Positions 42,830 through 56,847 of a DNA stretch of 64,000 nucleotides are shown here, piece after piece (within the stretch, counting starts at the first letter, position 1; each line of letters starts with the position of its first letter). The stretch comes from Octopus vulgaris (Eukaryota). The position numbers and the translations under genes were made by a program. The notes below the pieces were generated by a model. It was not told the origin of the DNA. It saw only the letters and a list, made by a program, of their open reading frames with translations, and did no database searches. The stretch covers positions 36,890,001 to 36,954,000 of the forward strand of contig OX597833.1 in the NCBI GenBank assembly GCA_951406725.2, read 5' to 3'.

Positions 42830-43860
42830 CTGAAAAGTACATATATATGTTTGACAATCTGTGTATTCAGATTTACTCATTGGCGAAATATGTTTTACTT
42901 CTACTTTTCCCCTTTGTACTCGACTACTTGACCATTGCCCACCCTATAGCCATTTATAAGTACCCGCACATCCATGCATACATTCTTCGCCCGCTTCTTT
43001 CACTTTCTCGTAATCTCTCAAAGAATAACTTTGTTCTTTGTTGTTTCATTCTTAAATTCGTCGGCCATTTTCTAGGCACTTGCGGTCTTCCCCAGCTTCT
43101 CCACCTTTATTTTTTACCTATGTGCACCTACACTTTTACTGTCTTCTTCTTTTATCATCACGATTTTTTTTTCATTTCTCTTTTCCGACTAAACTTTCTT
43201 TCCCTTTCATTCTTTGTTTTATTATCGCACACCTATGCACAAGCATGCTCTTAGTCTTCATAACATACTTTAGGATTACACATACATACACAAATAAAAC
43301 TGTTTACTTTGCACACGCTTTCTACTTCTCCAGACTTGTGGAAAAGTCTGGAATCATTTAGTCGCACAAACACACAAGCATGGTCAAAAACTCTTACAAA
43401 CCCTTTCACACTAAACAGTTACACATTCACCACCATCAACCCACATGCATACTAACCAACGTATCACATTTACAAATTTACACACATTTATACACATACA
43501 CAGACCCCATTCATTCTTACTCACAAAGATAATCGCCCTATATGCCTACGGGCAAGCGACCACACACTCTGATAATATACACCTAGACAACCGCCCTCAC
43601 CTCCTTTCGTGACTTTACCTCATACAACATTCCTCCCAGGCTTTTCACCTTCCTCCTGAGTCCAACTATAGTTAATATTTTTCCACAAACTTATTCTTTC
43701 TCTCGCCCCCTATCACTCACACCCTATGTTTTATCTTCATCCCTTTTACTTTCTGAAGAAAGACAGAGCCCCGAAACGTCAATATACTCTATGCTCTTTT
43801 CAAGTACTCTTCACAAACTTTACTCTAACACCACTTTCACTGTATTTTATTCTTTTGTGC
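42830..43860 (+). mobile_element. Highly decayed PLE 3' remnant with hammerhead-like motif
   Basis: CTGAAGAA...CCGAAACGTC at 43753-43780. Upstream frame fragments such as HPIAIYKYPHIHAYILR..LS weakly resemble the PLE post-RT HP..IP...LR motif. Confidence 0.4.
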
Positions 43861-45286
43861 GTGTAAATGTGTGTATGTGTACGTATGTGTGTACACACGT
43901 GTGATTGTAGATACATTTGTATATATTCATCTATAAGCAACTATTTGTACATTTCTGGTTCTCTAACGCGCTCCCATTCCCTCTTTATTTCATCATATAT
44001 GTGTGTGTACGCACGTGTAGTGCGTAAATACATTTACATACACACATATAAACATATGAACTAATACGAATAGGCGTACATACATAAGTACATACATACA
44101 TACATACATACAAACATACATATGTGTATTTGTGTACCCATACATGTATTTATGCTTGTATGGATGTATTTGTTTATGTGCATGGGCACGTATTTGCGTG
44201 TGCGTGCGTGCCTGCGTGTGTGTGCGTGCGCGTGTAAGAACTTAGGTGTTTATACGTATATGTGCAAAAGATTACGTTTGTTTAAGTATGCGTATATGTA
44301 AACAAGAGGACAGAGAGTTGAAGTTACATGGATCCATCCATATAGGTATTTACATATGGAAAAGAATGAACGAACGAACCTGCAGGTTTACAAATATATA
44401 TTTGTATAGGTATACACGCAGGCGAATAAATCGATACGTGATTACAATAGAAAAATTATGTCATATGAATATTTGTATATGTTCTGGTGTGCTTGAGTGC
44501 GCTGTTTATATGTATATGAATGCACGAACATATGAATGCATATCTAATTATGTACATGCATTTGTGCATTTATGAATGTTCTTTTTTTTGTTTCCTATAT
44601 ATTTCTTATATATATATATTACTTCTCTATTTTTTATTTCCTATATATTTCTTATATATATTTATTACTTCTCTATTTTTTGCTACGCACCAGTTTCTAT
44701 TTCAGTAAGCGTTAAACCAATATGTGTAATAAATAACTATACTCTACTTCTGTATTACGTTCTTCTTCCTTTTTTGGGCAAATAAACGCGCGCACACACA
44801 CGCACATGTGTGTGTATACACATTCTTGTAAGAGGTGGCACTTCACATGTAATTACTCGAATTCCAGGTTCTCGATCATCAGACTGGATACAAATGTAGG
44901 AGGTACGTTGTTCAATATGTATTGATGTGTAGAAAACGTCTTTTCCTCTCTTGCCGCTGCCACTAGTTAACTACTATTTCTACTCAGAGAAATTCTAGAG
45001 ACTCTTCTACACATTTTCTACAGCGGACCACCTATATAGTACTTCGTATTCAGTCTAATCCTCGGGAACGTGAAAATCGAATAACTAGATGTGAAGTGCC
45101 AGCTGTTATAACAATCCCTTTGATTTTGAGTACTGGTTCAAGCGTATATATGTGTGTGTGTGTGTGTGTGTATTTCAAAAATTTAACAAAACACAACAAC
45201 GGAAATATTACAAAAGCATAACAAACAGAAAATTCGTGACTTATTCCTCCTCAATTAACGTCCAAAAGATCATTACAATTTCGTGC

Positions 45287-45340
<54 letters not shown>

Positions 45341-45369
45341 ATCTATATATATATATATATATACATATA

Positions 45370-45426
<57 letters not shown>

Positions 45427-45537
45427 CAATTTAGATTCAAGTCAATTCTAATGAATTTACTTGAATGCGGTACTTAACTTAGATGCACCAGAAAACTATA
45501 TGGTGTTAACCATACAGTAATGTGGGGTGATTATAAA

Positions 45538-45705
45538 CGAGAAAGAAGCAACAAGAATGGATTAGTTTTTAGTACAATTGTTTCATACAAAGACAGGCTT
45601 TATTAAAAGTTGCAAATATTGCAATATTTGCAACTTTTAATAAAGCCTGTCTTTGTATGAAACAATTGTACTAAAAACTAATCCATTCTTGTTGCTTCTT
45701 TTCTC

Positions 45706-45706
<1 letters not shown>
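45538..45706. repeat. Near-perfect spacerless palindrome (84/85-bp arms)
   Basis: Symmetry axis between 45621 and 45622; the arms differ only by one T near the outer end. Confidence 0.95.
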
Positions 45707-45742
<36 letters not shown>

Positions 45743-45744
45743 GA

Positions 45745-45935
45745 CGAATGTCTTTCCCGAGCCCTGGACTCATAAGGCCGGTTTCCCAGTATCTGTAGCG
45801 CACATATCCTCTGCTGGACGGGACGCCGGTCTGTCGCAGGATTACTCATTTTAGCCGTCTGAGTAGTTTGGAGAAGCGTGAAATGAAGTATTTTGCTCAA
45901 AAACACAATGAAGCATCTTAACAACTAAACCACGC
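45745..45935 (-). mobile_element. SINE family D with a V-domain-like motif
   Basis: Minus strand TTGAGCAAAATACTTCA...AATGAGTAATCCTGCGACAGACCGGCGTCCCGTCCAG resembles the CTGCGATGGACTGGCG.CC.GTCCAG motif of V-SINE-type elements. Confidence 0.5.
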
Positions 45936-46101
45936 ACCTACACACACAGCATATACTGTGTTGTCCTTTCGTTTATATGGTTTCCCATTAGCATGGCTTC
46001 GATTTCGGTCGCTTCTTTTTCTTTTTCTTTTTACATTTACGTACAGAGAAACATCATATATTGGTTTCCGTTTCAATCTATCATCATCATCATCATCATC
46101 A

Positions 46102-46169
<68 letters not shown>

Positions 46170-46767
46170 ACTTCATTTCCTTTCATCGATAGTAGAATTA
46201 ATTTCTTTATATTGTCTTACCTATTTGCAAAATAAAATGATAGGGTTTCAAATTTTAAATAAGTTGATTTGTATAGAAATGAAAATCAGTATATAACATC
46301 AACTTCGAAATGGAAATAGTTCAATGAAAAGTATGAAATAATTCAGCCTAAACAAAGCAATTTTAATGCAATTCCAAGAAACCAAGAAAAATAAATCAGA
46401 AGCAATATAATAGCTGTGTCTTCAGTAACTTTCAAACATACACCACCCGGGCCAATAGAACTTGACTTTTGTGTCACATTAGATCATAAAGTATAACAGT
46501 TACTGTTACGTATGATCTAACAATTCTGCGAGTCCAACTCGCTAAATTGGTACTTTATTTGTCGGACCCGGAAGGAAAAATGGCGAAGTTCAGCTTGGCA
46601 CGATTTGAAGCACCAGTGCAAAGAACCTGAAGAGCTACCATTAAACGTTTCATCCAACACTAACCACTCAGTCAATACGCTTCTGTGAGGTGGGATTGTA
46701 ATTTTGAGTGTCTTCTGTGCATATATATATATACACCTTGACCAAGATACCACGGTATGGAACTAAA

Positions 46768-47183
46768 GACGGCGAGCTGGCAGAAACGTTAGCGCGCCGG
46801 GCGAAATGCTTAGCGGTATTTCGTCTGCCGCTACGTTCTGAGTTCAAATTCCGCCGAGGTCGACTTTGCCTTTCATCCTTTCGGGGTCGATTAAATAAGT
46901 ACCAGTTACGCACTGGGGTCGATGTAATCGACTTAATACCTATGTCTGTCCTTGTTTGTCCGCTCTGTGTTTAAGCCCCTTGTGGGTAATAAAGAAATAG
47001 GTATTTCGTCTGCCGCTACGTTCTGAGTTCAAATTCCGCCGAGGTCGACTTTGCCTTTCATCCTTTCGGGGTCGATTAAATAAGTTCCAGTTACGCACTG
47101 GGGTCGATATAATCGACTTAATCCGTTTGTCTGTCCTTGTTTGTCCTCTCTGTGTTTAGCCCCTTCTGGATAGTAAAGAAAAA
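46768..47183 (+). mobile_element. SINE family A, internally duplicated (1.8-mer) copy
   Basis: GGCGAGCTGGCAGAAACGTTAGC head, B-box GAGTTCAAATTCC, core GTCGACTTTGCCTTTCATCCTTTCGGGGTCG. Second unit starts at about 47000. TSD GGTATGGAACT at 46754 and 47184. Confidence 0.88.
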
Positions 47184-48026
47184 GGTATGGAACTGAATCC
47201 TTTTATCAAGAAATTTGATAAAAGCTAAATTAAAATTATGGCATGTTTGCCATGTTTCTTGATATTAGCTATGGTAGCAAAAATATACTTTCAAAGATGC
47301 CTGTCATATTCGGATAACACTAGTATTTTCCTATAATTTTGTGCACTGCGGTCACGCTGGAGCACACATTCGCCGTTTTAATGATGGTGAGTTCAGCCTT
47401 TATCTTATTTATCGCTCCCTATTAGCGAACAGATAACCCATAGGACAGAGAAATAAACGGGCACGGAAATAAACATCGCCGGTTTTTACAGCTACAAACA
47501 TAAAGACCGGCGCAGACAGATGAGACACACGCACACACATACATAACTAGATGCATTCATCCATCCATCCATCCATCCATCCATCCATCCATCCATACAT
47601 ACATACATACATACATACATACATTCAACAGGTGCCAGTGTATACGTCCTGATACACAATAATATATCTTCTCATAAGCATCGTCACACAGTCCCGTTGA
47701 CATAAAAATGTATTGGCGCGCACAACTTTTCAGCCGCAACAACATGGTGAGGTAAAATACACACAAGCTTCACATGCGCACCTACCCGCACACAGACACA
47801 CATACACACAACCCGTCTGACATTTCTACTACCGCCGGCGTACACTCGACAAGACCAAGCAACGCACCACTCGTTGAGTTGTTACCACATAATGAAGTGT
47901 CTGTCTGTAGTTGACCCAATTTTGAAGCTGGTGCTGTTGCTGCGACTGCTGCCGCTGCCAAATCCTGCTCCTGCTACTATCACCGCAACCACTACCACCA
48001 CCATTACCTCTACCACCACCACCACC

Positions 48027-48062
<36 letters not shown>

Positions 48063-48216
48063 GTGTAGCGCATGTGAAATCATTTGTGTTACGCGTTCAT
48101 ATCGTTTTTCCCTCGCAACTTACCTTTCTTTTCCCCTGTGCAACGAATACATGTGTATTTATGTTAGTGCGTATGTCTGTTTGTCTGTCTGTCTGCATGC
48201 ATGTATTTATGCACGA

Positions 48217-48302
<86 letters not shown>

Positions 48303-48330
48303 GTATATATATATATATATATATACATAC

Positions 48331-48415
<85 letters not shown>

Positions 48416-48620
48416 TATGTACACATATATTTAAATATACACACGCATAAACATATATATATACACATACAGAGATTGAAGCACACGCGTGTGCACGCAC
48501 GCATACACACAGAGACAAACACTTTCTAGGCCCTTAATTTGCCCTTCATAGTTTTTATTCACATCTATTTCTTTCTCTCCTACAAAAACTCTTTTGCACC
48601 GATCTTATTAATTTATCAAT

Positions 48621-48721
<101 letters not shown>

Positions 48722-48724
48722 ATT

Positions 48725-48760
<36 letters not shown>

Positions 48761-48770
48761 GAATGAACAA

Positions 48771-48899
48771 GCGCAAGAGTGGCTGGGTGGTAAGTAGCGT
48801 GGCACCTTGAGCAAGTGTCTTGTACTATAACCTCGAGCCGAACAAAGTTTTGTGAGTGGATTTGGTAGACAGAAACTGAAAGAAACCCGTCGTATAATA

Positions 48900-48935
<36 letters not shown>

Positions 48936-48991
48936 TGTATGTATGTATGTATGTATGTATGTATGTATGTATGTATGAATGTATGTATGTA

Positions 48992-49024
<33 letters not shown>

Positions 49025-49258
49025 GTATTTATGTATATGCTTATGTGTCTGTGTTTGTCCCCCACCATCGTTTGACAACCGATGTTGGTGGGCTTACATC
49101 CACGTAACTAAACGGTTCGGCAAAAAAGAGAGCGATAGAATAAGTACTAGGCTTACAAAGAATAAGTCCTGGGGTCTATTTGTCCGACTAGAGGCGGTGC
49201 TGCAGCATTGCCGCAGTCAAATGACTGAAACAAATAAAAGAATAAAAGAATAAAAGAA
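48771..49258 (+). mobile_element. SINE family B
   Basis: Match with an expanded internal (TATG)n/(TA)n and an (AATAAAAG)n tail. Confidence 0.85.
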
Positions 49259-49701
49259 AAACAAGAAAAACACTAGAGGGACAAGTCTATACATCACCCT
49301 TCCCCCCTTCCCTACACATACGCGTACGCACACTCAACGTCTGACATTTCTACAACCACCCGCGTATAGACAAATGCACGCACCACTCGTTCTGCATTAC
49401 CACATAATGAAGTGTCTGTCAACCGTTGACCCAAATCTGTCGCAGATGCCGCTGCTGCTGCTGCTGCTACTAATACTACTATGGAACCGTGTCAAATTTG
49501 TTTGTTACGCGCTCAGCCATTCTCACATTGTTTTTAACCTCGTTCTTGCTACTTTCTTTTTATAATTTCTTTCTACCCCACTTTTAAATATCCTATACAA
49601 TGAATATATATAGATCAGCATGTGCTCAGACACACAAACTGATATGTATGTATGTATGTATGTTTGTATGTATGTATGTATGTATGTATATACATATACA
49701 T

Positions 49702-49740
<39 letters not shown>

Positions 49741-49742
<2 letters not shown>

Positions 49743-49941
49743 CCAAACAAGAAAACAAAAACAAAAAAACAACAACGCAAGGACGTGGAACAAATAAAGT
49801 ATTATTGGATGCTCAGGAAAGAAGGGAAGAAGGAGGGTTTGACGCTTCGAGCGGAGCTCTTCGTCGGAAACATAGGAGAAGGAAAGATCCCGAGAAGGGA
49901 AGATAGGGGAAAAAATCGCTAGTTATACAGACGAGGTCACA

Positions 49942-49944
<3 letters not shown>
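49741..49944 (-). mobile_element. Second copy of the short HHR cassette, in (TA)n
   Basis: Reverse complement reads CCTATGTTTCCGACGAAGAGCTCCGCTCGAAGCGTCAAACCCTCC (GAAA mutated to GAAG). Collinear with 26366-26579, with (TA)n on both sides. Confidence 0.75.
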
Positions 49945-49978
<34 letters not shown>

Positions 49979-50404
49979 GGTATTATATTTGTATATATGT
50001 GTGTGTATATATACACACATATACATTGCCTTGATATATCTATACGTAATTATTTTTGCCAATCCCTGATCAACTTCAAGAGTTTCATTTGAAAAGGAAA
50101 ATAAGTTTAGAGAAGGGAACATTGTCTTCTAGCCAATTTGCTGAAAGGCAGATGAAAGTGGCGAGAATGGTGCAGGTGAACAGGCCTGCCTCGGGCATAC
50201 GCCTGCAGTTGAAACAAGAAAAGGAAAGGAAAAAGGCACCTGCCCCAAAAGTACCCATGGTTTTTCCATGAGCAGCATCGAGTTTTTCCATGAGCAGCCC
50301 TCGAACGTCTCCTCCCTACTGAGGATCACACATTGTTGATTTTTAAAAAATTCTGTTAGTTTGTTTACACGCAAAACCCTCACAACACACACACACACAC
50401 ACAC

Positions 50405-51020
50405 ATCTCTTTGTCTTGTCCTGTGCTGTCCATAGTGTTTTTCTTAATGTAAACCCTTGTGGTTAATAAAGAAACTGTTGTTGTTGTTGCTGTTGTTGTT
50501 ACTCTCCTAGCTCTTTACGCTCCGAGTTCAAATTCCGCTAAGGTCAACTTTACTTTCCATCCTTTGAGATCAATGTCATCTTTTCTACTCTAGGCACAAG
50601 ACCCGAAATTTTAGGGAGGTGGCCAGTCGATTAGATCGACCCAGCACACGCAACTGTTACTTAATTTATCGACCCCGAAAGGATGAAAGGCAAAGTCAAC
50701 CTCGGCGGAATTTGAACTCAGAGCGTAGCGACGGGCGAAATACTGCTAAGCATTTTGCCCGGCGTGCTAACGTTTCTGCCAGCTCACTGCCTTGAGATCA
50801 ATATAATAAGTACCAGTTTAGCATGTTGAGATGGCAGAATCGTTAGCTAGTCGAAGAAAATGCTTAACGGCATTTCTGTCAACCCTTTACGTTATGAAAT
50901 CACATCATGCAGGGGTTAACTTTACCCCCATCCCTTCGGGGTCAATAAAATAAATTACAAGTCAATAGTGGACTTTATGCAATTGACTTAATTCCTCCCC
51001 GCAAAATTACTAGTCTTGTA
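50405..51020. mobile_element. Nested cluster of family A SINEs
   Basis: A minus copy at about 50575-50791 is inserted into a plus copy with TSD TTGAGATCAAT. Further decayed plus copies flank it. Confidence 0.8.
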
Positions 51021-51913
51021 CCAAAATCCTTACTTCGGTAGAAATGAGGAAGTGATTCAGGGGATGAGACTTTCAAGCATGGCATTTAAAGTCTCAGTCC
51101 TTGAGTCACTTCGTAATTTCTGCCGATTAAAAATGATAAAATATATATACCCATGTACTCTATTAAGCACTCACACACACATATACATATGCATATATAT
51201 ATATAAATATTATTTATATTATTATTATTATAACACACACACACACGCATATATATATTGGCACAGTGAGGTAAAAAGCTTGCTTATCAACTGCATGTTT
51301 CTGGGTTCAGTCTCACTATATGGCACCTTGGGCATGTGTCTTCTTCTATAGCCACGGGCCGACTACAACCTTGTGAGTGGATTTGTTAGACAGAAACTGA
51401 ATGAAGTTTGTTGTATATATACATACATGCTTACATATAAACGCACACATAAATATGTATATATATACATGTATATGTGAGCATGCATACTACTTTTTTG
51501 AATATAAGAGTGCGCACGATTCCCATATTGCCCAGTATTTCACCAAAATATATTCCATTTACATAAATACAAGCAGCAAATATTCCATTTCCACCCACCG
51601 TTGATACTGTCATCACTAGATCAACATCCCCACAACTATACTACCATCATCAGTATACCTCCCCTTTTATCACTACTACTGCTATCACAGTATGTAGATA
51701 GATAGAATGAGATAACGACGATTGAAGAGGTTGCAAAACGCATGGAAAATTTTAGAAAAGATAAATGAGTGGAAATCGAACCGGTGAGTGTGTTAAGTAA
51801 TAAGGCACTAAAAGAGTATGACCCTCCCCGGACACAATCAAATACATGTAGGCAAACAGAAAAGTTTGTGGTTGTCATATATATACATACATACATATAT
51901 ATATATACATATA

Positions 51914-52306
51914 GGCGCAGGAGTGGCTGTGTGGTAAGTAGTTCCGGGTTCAGTCCCACTGCGTGACACCTTGGGCAAGTGTCTTCTACTATTGACTCGG
52001 GCCAACCAAAGCCTTGTGAGTGGATTTGGTAGACGGAAACTGAAAGAAGCCCGTCGTATATATGTATATATATATGCGTGTGTGTGTTTGTGTGTCTGTG
52101 TTTGTCCCCCTAGCATTGCTAGGGGGACATTAACACACCGATTCTGGTGTGTTAATGTCCCCGTTACTTAGCGGTTCGGCAAAATAGACCGATAGAATAA
52201 GTACTGGGCTTACAAAAGAATAAGTCCCGGGGTTGAGTTGCTCGATTAAAGGCGGTACTCCAGCATGGCCGCAGTCAAATGACTGAAACAAGTAAAAGAG
52301 TAAAAG
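51914..52306 (+). mobile_element. SINE family B
   Basis: GGCGCAGGAGTGGCTGTGTGGTAAG...CAGTCAAATGACTGAAACAAGTAAAAGAGTAAAAGA. Confidence 0.88.
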
Positions 52307-52387
<81 letters not shown>

Positions 52388-53666
52388 GAGAGAAGCTGTA
52401 ATAGTGTTTGTTCACAGCGACCGTTTAAAAAATTTTTGAAATTTAAATGTGCCAAATATACGCATCCATACACCGACTATCCCAGTCAAAAGTATTTTTT
52501 CAGTGACAAACAGCTACTTTTTCGCTACATATTCATTGTACCCCCTCCACTATTAAATTTGACCCGAGACAGTATCATTTCGACGACTCTTTTCATTACA
52601 TTCCTCCTTTCATTTCTTTTATTTACTTTTAATTGCTTATTTCCATTTTCCCGCCATTCGATCTTTCAGCAAAGCAGAGAAAAACAAAACTGATAGAAAG
52701 ACAGGGGAGGGCAGCAGACAGTTAAGAAGCAGGCATATATAAGGACGAAAGAGAGAGGAGGGGGAGGGAGAGAGACAGTGGTGAGTAAGAATGTAGGGCA
52801 AGTAAGAGTTTGTTAAAGTCATAAATATGGAGAGAGCAGAAAGACTGAGGATTATTATTAGAAACTGTGGCTCGTAGAAGAGAGGAAGAGTGGGAAGAGA
52901 GATTTTCGGAAAGTGAGAAGAGACAGATGGAAGGAGGGAAAGAATGACAAAATGACAAAGAGATTTATAGAGAGTAAAATAGAGTTGGAGACAGTGTCTG
53001 ATAGACACAAATAGAAAAATGCATATATGTGTATGTGTGTGTGTGTGTGTGCATACATTTATACATATAAATACATACCTACATACACACACATACGTAT
53101 ATACATACATACATTCGTACATATATATATATATATATATATACATACATACGCACACATACATATACACATACATACACATACACTCATATACATACAC
53201 ACATGCACAAACATACATATATATATATATACACCCAAAGTTTAAGAGAGAAATAAACAAATAAGCAAATAAGACAGATGAAGAGAAAGTGTGGAAAGAT
53301 GTACTGAGAGGGAAAGTTTAGAACAGAATAGCATAAGGAATACATACATACATACACACACATACATACATACATACATACATACTAGACAGAAAGAGAT
53401 GGGAAATAGAGAAAGAGCAGAAAAAGAAATACTAAAAGGTAGGTTGGCTTCAAAATGGACAGGTTATGGCAAAGACACGATGAGAAATATTTAAAAGCAG
53501 GACATAAGATGGTCTATGCGTCGAATAGTTAGTTGGTAGTAAGTGTTACCGATAGAATGAGTAAGGGATTGCAATAAAAAGAGCTTGAAAGGAGACGGTG
53601 CGTATATATATATATATATCTAGAGTGCAATGTGTGCGTGTGTATGTGTGTGAGTGTCTGCCAAGC

Positions 53667-53739
53667 AGAGGAGAGATGGGGTAGAGGAGAGATGGGGTAG
53701 AGGAGAGATGGGGTAGAGGAGAGATGGGGTAGAGGAGAG
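53667..53739 (+). repeat. 16-bp minisatellite (AGAGGAGAGATGGGGT) x4.5
   Basis: Direct reading. Confidence 0.9.
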
Positions 53740-54636
53740 GCAGAGAAGTCTGAGTTTCGCAACTGACTTTGACCTACTTCATAACAATGTTTATAAAGCA
53801 TGATTTTTTTTTTTTCCATATTTATATATATATCTTTTTCTTTTTTCTTTTTAATGACGCGTCTCCGTTCTGGCCGCCGATACTCAGTCAACTAGCCAGT
53901 CAGTCAGCCAGCCAGCCAGCCGACTAGTCAAGCAGCCAGACAGTTAGAGTCGAACAGGCTGACTGGCAAGCAGACAGATATATTATGTATATAAACGAAT
54001 AAGCTCTGTCGAACAGACGAATAATCAGACGAGAATGTAGAACGTAGATAGACTGACCGGTCGACTGAGGCAGACTGAAAAAAATACCTCAAAGAAACGT
54101 CCTGCATTCTCAATGCACATGCAAGAATATATCCCATAATATAACGAGTTGAAAATCTTCGATTAATGAATGTTATCCCTACAATTAGAATATTTAAAAT
54201 CTCGAACCATAAGGCATCTTCTCAGCAGATAGACAAGGCAACTAGTATCATAGATGGGCAATTCAAACTTTTTTTCTTTTAAATTAGTTTGAAATAGACA
54301 ATTGGAATAGCTAATTAAGATTAATGCAGCTAAACTTCGGTTGTGTAGTAGCTGTATTTTTCTGGCGGTGCGAAAAAATAATAGCCACAGAGAGCGGTCT
54401 AGAATGATGTATTTGATATACATAATTGGGCAAAAGTCAAAGTGTAAAATATACAACGAGGCATGTTTGAATAACTGATAGACTGAAAGTACTGAATGCC
54501 GGCACGAGTCAGCTGAGAATTAAAAACAAATGTGAAATGTTGACTAATATTTCAGGTGAGCCGTTTCAGAGAACAAAAGAAAAAAAATTGATAAACCGCG
54601 AGAAAGTGATTTCTACATTAATACGTACACATATGC

Positions 54637-54969
54637 CAGTCCCACGGCGTGGCATCTTGGGCAAGTGTCTTCTGCTATAGCCCCGGGCCGACCAATGCCT
54701 TGTGAGTGGATTTGGTAGACGGAAACTGAAAGAAGCCTGTCGTATATATGTATATATATATGTATGCGTTTGTGTTTGTCCCCCTAGCATTGCTTGACAA
54801 CCGATGCTGGTGTGTTTACGCCCCTGTCACTTAGCGGTTCGGCAAAAGAGACCGATAGAATAAGTACTGGGCTTCCAACGAATAAGTGCCGGGGTTGATT
54901 TGCTCGACTAAAGGCGGTGCTCCAGCATGGCCGCAGTCAAATGACTGAAACAAGTAAAAGAGTAAAGAG
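54637..54969 (+). mobile_element. SINE family B, 5'-truncated
   Basis: Near-identical to the 61671 copy from CAGTCCCAC onward. Confidence 0.88.
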
Positions 54970-55536
54970 ATACGCGCACGTCCACATGTACACACACATA
55001 CATACACACATAACATTTCTTATAGCCATCCTTAAATCCAATTTTGTAGTCAACCATATTACTATCCGTATTGTCATCAATAGAAGTATCCATGTAACCA
55101 GCTATTGACTCATCCACTCAAATCCACCAATCGAGCAACTATACAACACGCTGACCACAATTTTATAAAACCAATCTCTGATCCTCTAACCCACCTAAAT
55201 ACGAACCAATTCACCAATCCCACCGATACCCTTAACTAACCCATCAACCAACCGGCCAATAAACCAAATTGACAAGGCGACAGCCAGCAATATTGTTATC
55301 ATTTTCTTGCTAACTGCGGGCTGTTTGACTGTTTTATTTTTTTCTTGATAATCGGCAACGATATCTTAATTTGATGTCCCTTATTCACACCATCAGATTC
55401 ATTCACTCGTTGTTTTCTCTCATAATTCTGCACTCCTTTGGAATGCAGCTCTTTCTTCTCGTTACCCTCCTTCACGCCACTTCCCGTTCCCAGTCTCGAT
55501 CCCGCTAAAGTTTCTAGAAACAAACTCCAACCCAAC

Positions 55537-55720
55537 ATCGGGCGAAATACTTAGTAATACGTCTGTCATTACGTTCTGAGTTCAAATTCCACCGAGGTCA
55601 ACTTTGCCTTTCATCCCTTTGATGTCGATAAATTAAGTAGCATTTACGTACTGGGGTCGATCTAATCAACCGCCCCCCCCCCCATTTTAGGCCTTGTGCC
55701 TGAAGTAGAAAAAATATTGA
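55537..55720 (+). mobile_element. SINE family A (alternative tail), 5'-truncated
   Basis: CGGGCGAAATACTTAG...GAGTTCAAATTCC...CTTTGCCTTTCATCC...GGCCTTGTGCCTGAAGTAGAAAA. Confidence 0.8.
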
Positions 55721-55898
55721 TAACCACAAATTTCTAAACAAGGTTAATCCTCCAACATCATTGCACATATGTGCATGTGTATATATATATGTGTGTGTGT
55801 GTGCGGTACACACATACACATGCATACATATACAAATGTAGATTCACACGAACATAGTGAAGTGAAAGAAATGGTAGGTGAAGAATTCTTTTTGACAG

Positions 55899-56095
55899 AA
55901 TTTATGTTAACTTTCTAGAATCCTAAGTTTCATGCTGACGAAAATCAAGATATATTCAATCAGAGGTGAATCGCTCCACCGATCTTTTGTTAACTTTGAT
56001 GCAGTGTCAAGGTGTCATTTGTGATTTGATTTGTGGCTGAATAATTGCTTATTTTCGACTGCTTGAAACCTCAGATTCTAGAAAGTTAGTAAATT
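55899..56095. repeat. Imperfect inverted repeat (about 58-bp arms), old MITE-like
   Basis: TAACTTTCTAGAATCCTAAGTTTCATGCTGACGAAAAT versus ATTTTCGACTGCTTGAAACCTCAGATTCTAGAAAGTTA. Confidence 0.75.
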
Positions 56096-56277
56096 TTTTT
56101 TAAAAGTTTTCACACACACATACACGAACGCACAAACACGCACGCAGACATTTATATATGAAGTGATGTTTACAGCATTTAGATTTCTCAAGCCATCACC
56201 TCTCTAAGTACAGACGGGGCTTCACATTGGTATATGCTTTTTTGTGTTTATGTGTGTGTGCATGTGAGTGCGTGCAC

Positions 56278-56332
<55 letters not shown>

Positions 56333-56788
56333 CATATATTGTTCATCTTACCAACCTCAATGTTCATTTACCTCGTGACATGCTGAATTATGACAGATAA
56401 GCAGATTTTGTTTAATGCACACATTCCCCTATCTTTTTTCTTCCTCTTTGTCTTTTTTTTCCTCTCACAGCAAACAACCTCATCATTCTATTCATTATTA
56501 TTATTATCTCTATTCGTTTTCATTATATATTATAGATATTTAATCAAAATTTTCACTCCTCAAATATGCACACTTATACACACTCCTCAAACATACTCAC
56601 ACGCGTACACATGCGTATAAATTTATATAGTCACACATTGTATCAATCTTTACAAATTCACACTTACATTCACTCACCTACCCACCCCACTCACAAATAT
56701 ACATATCCATACATAAATACAAATATACAAAACAACACACACACATATATATATACGTGTGTGTGTGTGTGTGTGTGTGGTTTGTTTG

Positions 56789-56847
<59 letters not shown>

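Noticed and set aside
44590-44680. AT-rich tandem duplication of about 46 bp
   Set aside because: A low-complexity slippage product.
50056-50340. 71-aa ORF with a downstream 16-bp direct repeat
   Set aside because: No recognisable domain; probably the 3' fragment of an unidentified element and cannot be supported.
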